DNA of 64,000 nucleotides from a virus (Duplodnaviria; Caudoviricetes): IMG/VR virus record IMGVR_UViG_3300047539_000055. One strand, 5' to 3'. Positions 30,688-40,603 of this stretch are shown here, piece after piece (positions within the stretch are counted from its first letter, which is position 1; every line of letters begins with the position of its first letter). Position numbers and translations under genes: made by a program. Below the pieces are notes generated by a model. It had not been told where the DNA came from, did not search any database, and was given only the letters and a program-made list of their open reading frames with translations.

Positions 30688-30773
30688 TGGGATGTAGGAA
30701 AACTGGAAACCCCATCTGACTCTGAATCAGACGCCGTTAGGCACTGAAGGTTCAACTCCTTCCATCCCAGCCA
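30688..30773 (+). tRNA. tRNA-Gln(CTG) with long variable arm
   Basis: TGGGATG/CATCCCA, G73, CCA; TCTGA-CTCTGAA-TCAGA; TTCAA T-loop. Confidence 0.9.
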
Positions 30774-31145
30774 AAAATTTTGAGGTAATTATGTCTGATA
30801 AGAAAAAATTAGTTCCTGAGCAATGTCCAAATTGTGGGGCAACTGACAAAAAAGACAAGAAAAATGGGTGCTGTTATTTTTGGCACGATCTTGTAGATAG
30901 TCTCGGTAATGCCATTGGAGAAGCAAAGTTTGGTGAGTAACATGAAACCAAGCGAAGAATTAATTACGCTCATGGCAGATTTGGAAATATATCTGAACGA
31001 TTTAGATTTGCAAATCGCAGATGTTCAAGAAAAAAGATTAGCCGCTGTAAAAAGTTTAGAAACATTGAAAAATTTAATGCTTGAAGACACAGAAATTTAG
31101 TGAGTAAATATGATTCAAATTAGATGGCGTGGTTGGTGAGATTAA

Positions 31146-31220
31146 GCCGTATTCGTATAGTGGCTATTACTCATTCTCGGTAAGAATGAAACGTGGGTTC
31201 AATTCCCTCATGCGGCTCCA
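31146..31220 (+). tRNA. tRNA-Thr(GGT), C33
   Basis: GCCGTAT/ATGCGGC, CCA; CATTC-TCGGTAA-GAATG. Confidence 0.85.
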
Positions 31221-31413
31221 TTTTGGAAATTAGATAAATATGAATAAGTTAAAAGAAGAATTTGAAATAGTAACTCGTGAATATGACGCATTACAAGACT
31301 GGCAAAAGAAACTCATAGTAATGGCTGAGTTGAGAAAGCAACAAGTGATCCGTCAAAAATTTGAACGCAATCATTTACGCGATACCAATAATGATTGGAC
31401 TTAGATTTTAAAT

Positions 31414-31496
31414 GCTACGGTGGCACAGCGGCGACTGCACCTGTTTTGTAAGCAGGAATATAAACACCGGGGGTTCGATTCCCTTCCGTAGCTCCA
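31414..31496 (+). tRNA. tRNA-Thr(TGT), enlarged variable loop
   Basis: GCTACGG/CCGTAGC, CCA; CCTGT-TTTGTAA-GCAGG. Confidence 0.88.
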
Positions 31497-31502
31497 AATT
31501 TT

Positions 31503-31585
31503 GCTACAGTGGTCCAGCGGCGACGACAGCAGTTCCGTAAACTGCCATACAAACATCGGGGGTTCGATTCCCTTCTGTAGCTCCA
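31503..31585 (+). tRNA. tRNA-Thr(CGT), C33, enlarged variable loop
   Basis: GCTACAG/CTGTAGC, CCA; GCAGT-TCCGTAA-ACTGC. Confidence 0.88.
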
Positions 31586-31661
31586 TAATTCAGAAATTTG
31601 GTTCAGCGAAAGCTGAGCCTTTTCTATTGACAAATGATTAATTTGGTGGTATAATAGTTTT

Positions 31662-32108
31662 ATGAATGAACCAATTTTAGGATTCTTTGGCAAGTACCGA
31701 TTTTTGAGCAATTTTCACGAGCAACAAGGCGTGACAATTTGGATTGATGGATTGGAACTGGAAAATCGTGTCCCTTGCAAAAGTGTCGAAGTGGCTTATC
31801 AAGCATCAAAAACTTTGGTATTGGGTGAGCGTTTCATCGTTGCCGAAACACCTGGAATTGCAAAAAAGCTTGGATATGAAGTTACATTGCGTTATGATTG
31901 GCAAAATGTTAAAAATGACATAATGTTGGAATTGTTGACACAGAAATTTGCTCAACCATATTATCGTGATTTGTTGTTGGCTACTGGCGATGCGTATTTA
32001 GAAGAAACCAATACGTGGGGTGATTGCTGGTTTGGTGTTTGTAATGGTAGTGGTCAAAATTGGCTTGGTAAGATGTTGATACAGATTCGTGAGGCGTTGC
32101 GTGATTGA
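31662..32108 (+). CDS. NADAR (YbiA/DUF1768) family protein
   Basis: FLSNF, SVE.AYQA.K, AKKLG, KF.Q, LLATG...LEE, D.WFG, GQNWLGKML. Confidence 0.88.
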   Translation: MNEPILGFFGKYRFLSNFHEQQGVTIWIDGLELENRVPCKSVEVAYQASKTLVLGERFIVAETPGIAKKLGYEVTLRYDWQNVKNDIMLELLTQKFAQPYYRDLLLATGDAYLEETNTWGDCWFGVCNGSGQNWLGKMLIQIREALRD

Positions 32109-32473
32109 TATCAAGACGGTTCAAAAATTAGAGGAAGAAGCCCTTGCTCTGCGTATTCTTAGAGAGCAAGAAAAACAAGAATCTGCTCTTAGAGCTTATG
32201 AAGAGATGCGCAAGAACAATATAGTCTTGGTTGAAAAGGCAAAAAAGCTGGCTGAAAAAGCCCTTCCTAAAATGCTAACAAAGTTTGAAGAGGATGTAAA
32301 ATATGCAATACGAAATGGAGTAAGAACTGTAACAATAAGATGTAATATTGCAGATGACGATCCGTTTATTGTAATGCAAGTACAAATATTAATAATGGGA
32401 ATATTATCATTGGAAGGGTTTATATGTAAATATTCCGGTGATAATAAAAATGTATTAATTGTGGGTTGGTAAA

Positions 32474-32701
32474 ATGAGAGACGAATATGATTTTTCAAAA
32501 GGTGTACGCGGTAAATATATCAACAAGATAAGTTCTTGGGTTTTAGAACCAGAAGTTTGTAGATTTTGTGGGAAGCTGACTTACACAAGTTTGGATGATG
32601 CAGAGTATGCCGCCAAGCGATCCTCTCAAGGAAAGCAAACAATTAGTACTTATGCTTGCCCATACGAAACGGGCTGGCATTTAACATCAAAACAGAGATA
32701 A
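32474..32701 (+). CDS. Small protein: EYDFSKGVRGKY motif plus Cys/His Zn-finger-like region
   Basis: MRDEYDFSKGVRGKY...CRFCGK...YACPY..GWHLTS. Confidence 0.6.
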   Translation: MRDEYDFSKGVRGKYINKISSWVLEPEVCRFCGKLTYTSLDDAEYAAKRSSQGKQTISTYACPYETGWHLTSKQR

Positions 32702-33288
32702 GAATTTATAAGTTGTTTTCTTTGTTGATTGTATAATTTTAATGATTTGGAAATTTTTAAGCGCGATACAGGAGATAAGGTTCTATTTTTATTTGAATTA
32801 GCAACTTTTTTGCTAAAGCCAAGCGGTTTTGATTTACCTTTTAATCCTTTGGACATTTTTTGTTTAATTGTTTTTGTTTTTTCGACTCCATAAATTTCTT
32901 CATATGTTTTACCTAAATTTCGTTTATGTGCTGGATGTATGGATTGTTTGTTTCGGGTTTCGGCGCTACGTTTAGCACCAGATATACCATCGCCGCCATT
33001 GGTCATATTACGAAGACATCCGATTCCAAGATCAATGCGACCATATAAATGAATAAGTAGTACTTCAATTTGTAATGCATTGGCTTCAGTAATATTTTGA
33101 GACACAAATTGAATATTGTTTTTATCATTTGGTTTAATACGATGTTGGGTACAAAAGGCACGATTGCCGATACCTTTTCCAATATAATATGGGGTTCCAA
33201 TAGCACCATATTTTGATTTACGAGAACGTAAATATTGGTAAACATAAAAATTTTTGTTTTGAAAAAGATTTGTGGAATAAATAGTCAT
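32650..33288 (-). CDS. Free-standing GIY-YIG-like homing endonuclease with NUMOD3-like repeats
   Basis: FYVYQYLR..TPYYIGKG, E..LI..YGR.D...G.LRNMTNGGDG; ATG 33288 after GGAGG. Confidence 0.85.
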   Translation of the reverse strand: MTIYSTNLFQNKNFYVYQYLRSRKSKYGAIGTPYYIGKGIGNRAFCTQHRIKPNDKNNIQFVSQNITEANALQIEVLLIHLYGRIDLGIGCLRNMTNGGDGISGAKRSAETRNKQSIHPAHKRNLGKTYEEIYGVEKTKTIKQKMSKGLKGKSKPLGFSKKVANSNKNRTLSPVSRLKISKSLKLYNQQRKQLINSYLCFDVKCQPVSYGQA

Positions 33289-33354
33289 ATGCTGTTGTCC
33301 TCCAAGGCGATAGGGCAGTTGGGTCATGACACCGCGAACTGCATAAGTATTTAG
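33277..33354 (+). ncRNA. Endonuclease-associated two-hairpin element, copy 2
   Basis: CTGTTGTC-CTCCAA-GGCGATAG-G-GCAGTT-G-GGT-loop-ACC-GCG-AACTGC between inverted TAAATA. Confidence 0.75.
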
Positions 33355-33373
33355 CAAAAAGAAAGGGAATAAT

Positions 33374-33955
33374 ATGAGTAATTTATGTCAAAGACCGGTT
33401 TTAATGTTGAGTAGTTCATTCGAACCACTAACAATTTGCAGTGTCAAGAGAGCGATGAAGTTGATCGTCAAGGGAGTTGCTCGTGCAGAGGAAACTCTTG
33501 ATCAGAAGTTTTACACTGGAAAGATGTGGGACGAATATACTGGCGAAATGATAACGGTTGACTTCATGTTGCCGAGTGTCATTAGGTTGCTGGAATATCG
33601 TTACATTCCAATTCGTACCCCAATTGTTACGAGAAAGAATATTTTCAATCGTGACAAGCATATGTGTTTGTATTGTGGTCATCCATTTACAGCAAGTAAG
33701 TTGACTCTTGACCACGTAATTCCACGTTTCTGTGGAGGTAAGAGTACATGGGAAAATCTTGTTTCTTGCTGTATGCCTTGTAACAAAAAGAAGGGAAACA
33801 AGATGTTGCATGAATTGACGGATATGAAGCTGATGTATAAGCCGAGGCCGTTGAACAGCCACACTAGCCGATTCATTATGCGTGATCTTGGTGATGGTGA
33901 TCCATTGTGGAGGAAGTATCTCTACTTTGAGAACAACAATCTGCAAGAAGGCTAA
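33374..33955 (+). CDS. HNH endonuclease (bacterial McrA-like type)
   Basis: PSVIRL, RKNIFNRD..C.YCG, LTLDHVIPR..GG..WENLV.CC..CN. Confidence 0.88.
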   Translation: MSNLCQRPVLMLSSSFEPLTICSVKRAMKLIVKGVARAEETLDQKFYTGKMWDEYTGEMITVDFMLPSVIRLLEYRYIPIRTPIVTRKNIFNRDKHMCLYCGHPFTASKLTLDHVIPRFCGGKSTWENLVSCCMPCNKKKGNKMLHELTDMKLMYKPRPLNSHTSRFIMRDLGDGDPLWRKYLYFENNNLQEG

Positions 33956-33976
33956 TAAACAATCAACATAGTACAG

Positions 33977-34007
33977 AAACAGCGAGTCTTTATGACTCGC
34001 TGTTTTT
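33977..34007 (+). terminator. Intrinsic terminator
   Basis: AAACAGCGAGTC-loop-GACTCGCTGTTTTT. Confidence 0.8.
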
Positions 34008-34051
34008 GTTTGGTATAGATAAATACTACTACTTAGGATAGGTGTTTATCT

Positions 34052-35185
34052 ATGTCCAGTTCTATAAAAATTAGTCAACTTCCATTTGCTCCGTCTTTAT
34101 CAAATGTGGCTATTTTTCCGCTTGTTCAAAATTCAATAACAGAAAAAGCCACAATTGCACAGCTTGCCGGTTTTCTTAATGGACAGATTGGTGGTGCGCA
34201 AGGACCACAAGGAAACCAAGGTAATACTGGTGGACCGCAAGGTTTCCAAGGAAACCAAGGAAACCAAGGCAACCAAGGTACTGGAAATCAAGGAACTCAA
34301 GGAAATCAAGGAGCATCTGTCCACGGATCACAAGGTAATAATGGTGCGACAGGATTACAAGGAGTCCCTGGAACACAAGGAGTTCAAGGAGTTCAAGGAG
34401 GCCAAGGAAGCCAAGGAAATCAATCCAGCGTTCAAGGCAATCAAGGAAATCAAGGAAATCAAGGCATTCAAGGCGCTGGATTCCAAGGCACGCAGGGATC
34501 ACAAGGAAATCAAGGCAATCAAGGAACTTCTGTTCAAGGAACACAAGGTCCACAAGGTTCTGGATATCAAGGTTTTCAAGGAAATCAAGGAAATAACGGA
34601 ACGCAAGGCAATCAAGGTATTCAAGGCGCGGGATTCCAAGGCAATCAAGGAAACACTGGAACACAAGGAAATCAAGGCATTCAAGGCGCTGGATTTCAAG
34701 GCAACCAAGGCAATCAAGGAAATCAAGCAAGCAACGGAGCGCAAGGAAATCAAGGCATTCAAGGTGCTGGTTTCCAAGGAAGCCAAGGAAATCAAGGTGA
34801 CCAAGGTGGTGCTGGAACTCAAGGTAATACTGGCCCACAAGGAACTCAAGGATTACAAGGCAATCAAGGCAATCAGGGAATCCAAGGCACTCAAGGATTA
34901 CAAGGCACTCAAGGCACTCAAGGATTACAAGGAACTCAAGGCAATCAAGGCAATCAAGGAGTTGGACATATTATTGTATTGGCTAATGCTTCACCTTCAT
35001 CGCCTGGTCCATTTGTTGTAGGACACACTTTAGGCTCTGCTCCCGAAGCAGTTGCAATTACAATGATTACCGGCGGCCAGATTTGGCTAAATACTGCTAA
35101 TATTTCTATTGGGTATGATTCGGCCAATATTTATTGTGTTGCATCAGATGCTAATGTTGCAGCACGCATTTATGTATGGAGTTAA
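34052..35185 (+). CDS. Collagen-like (Gly-X-Gln) fibre protein
   Basis: ~250 aa of GNQ/GTQ/GIQ triplets; N-term IKISQLP typical of phage fibres. Confidence 0.85.
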   Translation: MSSSIKISQLPFAPSLSNVAIFPLVQNSITEKATIAQLAGFLNGQIGGAQGPQGNQGNTGGPQGFQGNQGNQGNQGTGNQGTQGNQGASVHGSQGNNGATGLQGVPGTQGVQGVQGGQGSQGNQSSVQGNQGNQGNQGIQGAGFQGTQGSQGNQGNQGTSVQGTQGPQGSGYQGFQGNQGNNGTQGNQGIQGAGFQGNQGNTGTQGNQGIQGAGFQGNQGNQGNQASNGAQGNQGIQGAGFQGSQGNQGDQGGAGTQGNTGPQGTQGLQGNQGNQGIQGTQGLQGTQGTQGLQGTQGNQGNQGVGHIIVLANASPSSPGPFVVGHTLGSAPEAVAITMITGGQIWLNTANISIGYDSANIYCVASDANVAARIYVWS

Positions 35186-35194
35186 GAGGAAAAG

Positions 35195-36391
35195 ATGAAG
35201 AAATTATTTGGTATTTTAGCTTTTGTAATTGCGATGCTCCCATTGATAGGCAGCGCTCAAGAAATCCAATTAGGACCAAATAATATTCAGGTCAAAGGAA
35301 CTCTTCAGCAAGCATATGGCGGAACAGGTTCAACTCAGCCAATTCCAACAAACTGTTTTGGTGCTACTAATGCTTTGTTTTGGGATCCGGTTGCTGTGAA
35401 GTTTGGATGTAATACAATTGCTGGTGGCGGTGGTGGTGTTACTCTTGTTGCTGCAACCAGTTCTTATATGTTTACAGTTGGTGTTGCAACTGCCAGCACA
35501 ACGCCAAGTATTACTTTCACTTTTGGAAATACAAATAATCAAGTTTATGTTGGAACTGGTACAGGAACAGGATATTGGACTACCATTCCAGAATGTAACG
35601 GCGGAAACAATGCTTTATCATTTGATAATACTTTGCAATCTTTTGGATGTAATACAATTACTGGCGGTGGTGGGGGCGGTGGAACTACAACTAACCCAGT
35701 AACATTTGCCGGTAGTGGTGGTGCATCGGCCGGTGCTTCATTCAATGGTTCTTCTGCTGTCACAATTGATTATCACACTGTCGGCGCTCCATCTGTTTCT
35801 GGTACTGGTGCAACAGGAACTTGGGGTATCAATATTTCTGGTATCGCCTCGCAAGTTGCTCAATCAGTAACTTTTGCCGCTTCTGGTGGTGCAGCCCCTT
35901 CGCAAGTATATAATGGATCATCAGCATTTACGGTTGATTATCATACTGTTGGCGCTCCATCAGCTACAGGAACAGGTGCATCAGGAACTTGGGCAATTAG
36001 CGTTACAGGAAATGCTGGTACTGCTTCTGCTTTAGCTTCTACACCAGGACTTTGCTCGTATGGACAATTTGCATATGGTATTCTTGCTAATGGCAGTGGT
36101 GTTTGCAGTCCTTCAAATGTAACTCTTACAATGCCTTCAGGAACACCCATTACTTATAATACTTGTACAACTCCACAAACACAATCATACATTGGTGTCA
36201 GATCAGCATCAACATTCACATCAGCTTTTGCTACAAACCCGACTGCTGTTAACGGTTGGGGAGCTAATGGCGGATTAGTACTTATGTTGTGGCCAGATAG
36301 TTCCAATGATAATCTTGATTGGTCTGTTTGTAATCAAGACAATATAAATATCACGCCGGGGGCGATGAATATCAATGTTGGAGTGAAGTAA
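35195..36391 (+). CDS. Gly/Thr/Ser-rich fibre-like protein with signal peptide and internal repeats
   Basis: Signal peptide ending GSA; duplicated DYHTVGAPS..GTGA.GTW.I units; paired Cys. Confidence 0.65.
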   Translation: MKKLFGILAFVIAMLPLIGSAQEIQLGPNNIQVKGTLQQAYGGTGSTQPIPTNCFGATNALFWDPVAVKFGCNTIAGGGGGVTLVAATSSYMFTVGVATASTTPSITFTFGNTNNQVYVGTGTGTGYWTTIPECNGGNNALSFDNTLQSFGCNTITGGGGGGGTTTNPVTFAGSGGASAGASFNGSSAVTIDYHTVGAPSVSGTGATGTWGINISGIASQVAQSVTFAASGGAAPSQVYNGSSAFTVDYHTVGAPSATGTGASGTWAISVTGNAGTASALASTPGLCSYGQFAYGILANGSGVCSPSNVTLTMPSGTPITYNTCTTPQTQSYIGVRSASTFTSAFATNPTAVNGWGANGGLVLMLWPDSSNDNLDWSVCNQDNINITPGAMNINVGVK

Positions 36392-36879
36392 TGAAGCAGT
36401 TTCTAATAGCAATTGCATTATTATTTTGTTCAAGCATTGCATTTGGACAAGCCGGAACTGCGCCCGGTAGAGTAACTGGTAATCATGGTATACATGGAAC
36501 ATTCATTTTGTATGCAGGAATATCAGTTTCTTGTAATCAATCTTCTTCTCCATTATGTCCACAAACAAGTGGATCATTTACTGGCCCAAACCAAGTCGCG
36601 GCTGGTATTATGAATTTTTCTTCAACTCATGATGCGAGTGGTGGTAGTTCTGGCACAGGCGGTGGTTCTGGTACTCTTTATGTTACTTGTAATGGTGGTT
36701 CTCCGCTTGGAGTCGCAGAAGTGACATTGCCAAGTGGAGTACCTTCATATTCAACTCCAGCATGTTCAGGCGTAATAAATTTGAATCAAATACAATTTTA
36801 TGCTGTTATTGCTGGTGGTGGCGCACCTGGATATTCGGAAAATTTTAATTCTCCAACCCAAATTATTGTTACTTTCTAA
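36391..36879 (+). CDS. Secreted Gly/Ser-rich protein
   Basis: Signal peptide ending AFG; TAATG coupling. Confidence 0.6.
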   Translation: MKQFLIAIALLFCSSIAFGQAGTAPGRVTGNHGIHGTFILYAGISVSCNQSSSPLCPQTSGSFTGPNQVAAGIMNFSSTHDASGGSSGTGGGSGTLYVTCNGGSPLGVAEVTLPSGVPSYSTPACSGVINLNQIQFYAVIAGGGAPGYSENFNSPTQIIVTF

Positions 36880-37230
36880 GTCCTTTAGAATCAACATAAT
36901 TATTTTCCTTGACATTTCCAAAAATTTAGTGTAGTATTGATCGTAAGCAGATGTTTTATTTGTAGTTATTTGAGCCTGAATTTAATTTAGGCTCTTTTCT
37001 TGACATTTTCGCCCCAATAAGGTATAATAATTTTGTGAGGTTTATATGAAGCAACCGTCGAACCCAGATTTTGCTCAGGCCGCACTTGAGGCTCTTACAA
37101 AGGCTCGTAAATTGCACGATGTTTCGCGTATTACAGAAGCCGTCAATCGTGCTTCGCTTTTGCTTGCTCTCACCCCACAAGAAGCTGAAAAAGAAATGCG
37201 TCAAAAATTTGAACAAGAAAAGAGTAATTT

Positions 37231-38307
37231 GTGAAGACATATACATCCGACGAATTTGATAAATTGAAGCGCGTAACTTATGAAGACTTGAAAGCAAATA
37301 AGTCAATTGTTACCAAAGATGCAGAAGTAAATTGGTATGTTTTATATGGCACACCAGATGGAAAGTATCTTACAGCAAATTTGTGGTATGCTGATAGCTG
37401 TCAGAAAACCATAAATTTTTCAATAAGAAAGCTTGATCAATTTGTGCGCCTTGTTCCAGAAACTCCAAAGACACCAGAACGAAAAGAACGATGGTTCGAT
37501 GTTTTTGAAGATGGTCCATATTTTGGAAGCGGTGGTTTTTCAACTAAAGGGATGGCCGTCAAATATAGTAAATATGGCTTACTACTTAAAGTTGAAGTTG
37601 AAAAGCAACCTGATGGAACTTGGATTGTTGTGACTGATACCAAAGCTGAAACCGAGATAAATTATCTTGCCGAGATAAACGGATCAATATCGTCAACGTT
37701 TCCAGAACAATTTGGAAAGATTACGGTGACACATTATGATAAAGCTTTAGATGATCCTAATAGTTATCAATGGGTTCGTGCTAATGATTATCCGCAAAAG
37801 ACACTTACACTTACTGAAGCATTTGATAAAGCATCGCGAGTGCCACACAATCCTACAGATTGGAAAAAATCATTAAATGACAGCGGTTGGTATCGCGATG
37901 ATAATAGTTATCAATGGGAGCGTAAAGTTCAACCCCATTCTTTTTATGATATTGATAATGATTATGCGCATGGTTTGATTACCTATGATGAATGGATGCT
38001 GATGGGACACGCAGATTTCCAAGTAAACCCTACAAAAGAACCAACACGAAAGATGAGTTGGGTTAATGTATACAGAGACGGGCCAATTGTAATAGATGGT
38101 GGTTATGCCACACAAGAAGAAGCAAACGAAATTGATTCAAAAGGTAGTCGTCTTGCCGTAGGGCAAGCCTATGTAGAACTCGAACAAAAACCCAATGGCC
38201 TCTGGAAATTTTCTGAGAAAAAAGAAGGTTCGGTAAAACAAGTGGATGATGAAGGTTGGTCTTGGGGTTTCAAAGGAAGAAGGAAATCTCCTTCTGGAGT
38301 GAAATAA
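37231..38307 (+). CDS. Hypothetical protein with internal repeats
   Basis: Repeated W..V..DGP...GG..T and DDxNSYQW segments. Confidence 0.6.
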   Translation: MKTYTSDEFDKLKRVTYEDLKANKSIVTKDAEVNWYVLYGTPDGKYLTANLWYADSCQKTINFSIRKLDQFVRLVPETPKTPERKERWFDVFEDGPYFGSGGFSTKGMAVKYSKYGLLLKVEVEKQPDGTWIVVTDTKAETEINYLAEINGSISSTFPEQFGKITVTHYDKALDDPNSYQWVRANDYPQKTLTLTEAFDKASRVPHNPTDWKKSLNDSGWYRDDNSYQWERKVQPHSFYDIDNDYAHGLITYDEWMLMGHADFQVNPTKEPTRKMSWVNVYRDGPIVIDGGYATQEEANEIDSKGSRLAVGQAYVELEQKPNGLWKFSEKKEGSVKQVDDEGWSWGFKGRRKSPSGVK

Positions 38308-38698
38308 TATGACTATTTTTCATCGTCATACATATGATGGTTCAAAATGGAAGAAAGATAATGACCTTGCTGTTACTGAACGGCATGATATTGATACTTG
38401 GTTTTGGACTGTTGGCCCAGTAGCAAGAAAATTACCAGAATCAAAGGTTGTTGAAAAGCGTGTCACCTATACGAATACTTGTTTGACGTGTGGTGACTTG
38501 ACAAGCAAAACTATTGTTACATAAGGAATAAAATGGAAAATCCAGCAACTTGGAATGAAGATGTAAAAGCAGTTCAAACCGCCATAGACGATTATAATAG
38601 ACAGATTGCCGAAGGAAGCTGTGGCTTCTCTCTTGCAAAATTTATTGAATTCGAGGTTATCGCTCCACTTCGTGAGCAACTTGAAAATGGAAAGTATT

Positions 38699-39115
38699 AT
38701 GAATGAATTTGTATTACAACCATGGGTTGCAACTGTCGGTTTGAAGATGCAATCCATTCTATTGTCAGGATTTAGAGCGCCCGATGCTAAAACTCAATTT
38801 GTAAAGAAATGCATTAGATGGCATCGTTCCAATTGTCAAGTCGATGCCGATCCATTCAAGCAATCATATATGCAAACGGTTGAAATGAATCAAATCTTGA
38901 TCAACGGAGCCATTGATGAACTTGAATATCTGCCAGTCCATTATGTTCATCATCTTGCAGATTCGTTCAGGATCGCCGCGATTTTTCATCCATCTGCCCC
39001 TGTTCGCATACCATCGTTTGAATTGCATTCGCTTATTGCAACAGAACTATTTCATTTCAAGCCGGAAACTGATGAAGAGTTTTTAGAACGACATAAGGAT
39101 AAAAGAATTATATGA
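38699..39115 (+). CDS. Phage hypothetical protein
   Basis: VLQPWV...RAPD...LPVHYVHH; ATG 38699 overlaps the end of a short upstream ORF. Confidence 0.55.
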   Translation: MNEFVLQPWVATVGLKMQSILLSGFRAPDAKTQFVKKCIRWHRSNCQVDADPFKQSYMQTVEMNQILINGAIDELEYLPVHYVHHLADSFRIAAIFHPSAPVRIPSFELHSLIATELFHFKPETDEEFLERHKDKRII

Positions 39116-39867
39116 AATTTATTATTTTACTATGCTTGCTATCACAGTTAGCATATGGTCAGCTTTGTACCAGTGCTACTAGTCCTTGTCTTCTTATTCC
39201 TTCTACACCAATCGGATCAGCAGTATCAACAGCGTCAGGAACTCTTACATTTAGTAGTGGTACTAGTACTTGGTTACCAACTACATTTTTCAATAGATCG
39301 GCGCATGAGTATGCATTGGCTACTATGAAAGAGTATCAAGATTATCTAAAACTTTATCATTCTGAGATGTCCGATACGGAATTAAATTTTGCTGTTGGAA
39401 ACCTGCCAAATGGAGATATGCAATCATTTACAGTATTGCCAAATGGTAAGGTTGAATTGAAAAATATCACTATTGAAGACGCTTTTTTATCTCTGTATGC
39501 AGATCGGGTAAAGGATGATTTAGCTGAATTGAAAAAGATAGATGCCGAAGATAGAGAACGTACAAGAGAACGTAAGAGTATTCCACCAGCAGACATTATT
39601 ACGGGAAATACAGCTTATTCAGTGAATAACATAGCAGATTGGTCTAATGGAATGGAGGTTGGAGACACAAATTGCGTATTACAAAGAGTACGAATATTGA
39701 AAACCGACCCAACAAAGCGCGATACAATGTTACATGAAATAATGCACGTGGCTACAAATTGTGATACGGATAAGAACTTACATAAGGCAATTTACCGATT
39801 AACACCGAGTTTATTGCAAATTCTTAGAAGTAATCCTGATCTTGTAAAATATTTGATGGCAAAATAA
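39112..39867 (+). CDS. Secreted protein with C-terminal HExxH metallopeptidase-like motif
   Basis: Signal peptide; TMLHEIMH. Confidence 0.5.
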   Translation: MKFIILLCLLSQLAYGQLCTSATSPCLLIPSTPIGSAVSTASGTLTFSSGTSTWLPTTFFNRSAHEYALATMKEYQDYLKLYHSEMSDTELNFAVGNLPNGDMQSFTVLPNGKVELKNITIEDAFLSLYADRVKDDLAELKKIDAEDRERTRERKSIPPADIITGNTAYSVNNIADWSNGMEVGDTNCVLQRVRILKTDPTKRDTMLHEIMHVATNCDTDKNLHKAIYRLTPSLLQILRSNPDLVKYLMAK

Positions 39868-40181
39868 AGCCACAAGAAATCAAAATTTTAGATAAATACT
39901 TGCACTATGAAATGGACCAAAATAACGTGGCTGATATTAGTCGGTTTTTTTGGTGGATATTTCGCGTCACGACTTGTTCCGCAAGAACCGTTGCAATTAG
40001 GTAGTAGTTTGTGGATGGCATCAGTACATTGTGATATTCGTGAATCTAAAGCATTTAACTGTAAAATAATGCCTGGATTTACACTTGACAATGTTGTTAC
40101 AGAGTGGTATACTCTATATATTGGTAACACTTCGAACGTTGATGATTCGGGTGGTGATCAGTAGAATCAAGATTATTATTT

Positions 40182-40275
40182 AGCCCTATAGTTTAACGGC
40201 AGAACAGCGGCCTTATAACCCGTATTAGCATTAGATAGATGCATTGTCTCAGTTCGAATCTGAGTGGGGCTACCA
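40182..40275 (+). tRNA. tRNA-Ile(TAT) with long variable arm
   Basis: AGCCCTA/TGGGGCT, A73, CCA; loop CTTATAA; V-arm GCATT/GATGC; CTCAG-TTCGAAT-CTGAG. Confidence 0.8.
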
Positions 40276-40514
40276 AAAATAAGAAAGGTTGTTATGAAGG
40301 GTTATTTAACAATATTATTTGCTATTGGAGCAGTCATTAATAGTTTTGTACTGGCGTGGCTTAGTTCAATGCATAATGTGTGGTTTGCTACTTGGTGGTA
40401 TAATACAGCATTAGGTTGGGTGGGATTTTTAACATTTACTTGTGGAACTACTGCTATTATCCGATTTTTAATGTGGCTTGATCCTATGATGTGTGATGAT
40501 AAATAATTATATGT

Positions 40515-40589
40515 GGGCGTGTCGTCCAACGGATAGGACCACAATCTTCTAAATTGAAAATGCAGGTTCGATTCCTGCCATGCCTACCA
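40515..40589 (+). tRNA. tRNA-Arg(TCT)
   Basis: GGGCGTG/CATGCCT, CCA; loop CTTCTAA. Confidence 0.9.
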
Positions 40590-40603
40590 AATTAGCTCCA
40601 TTA

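Noticed and set aside
31414-31496. Reading this long-variable-loop tRNA as Tyr(GTA)
   Set aside because: The 5-bp stem places TGT at the centre of the 7-nt loop, and the body is paralogous to the adjacent Thr(CGT)
34133-35021. Long alternative-frame and antisense ORFs (34155-35021 +, 34176-34838 -, 34499-34849 -)
   Set aside because: Shadows of the 9-nt collagen repeat
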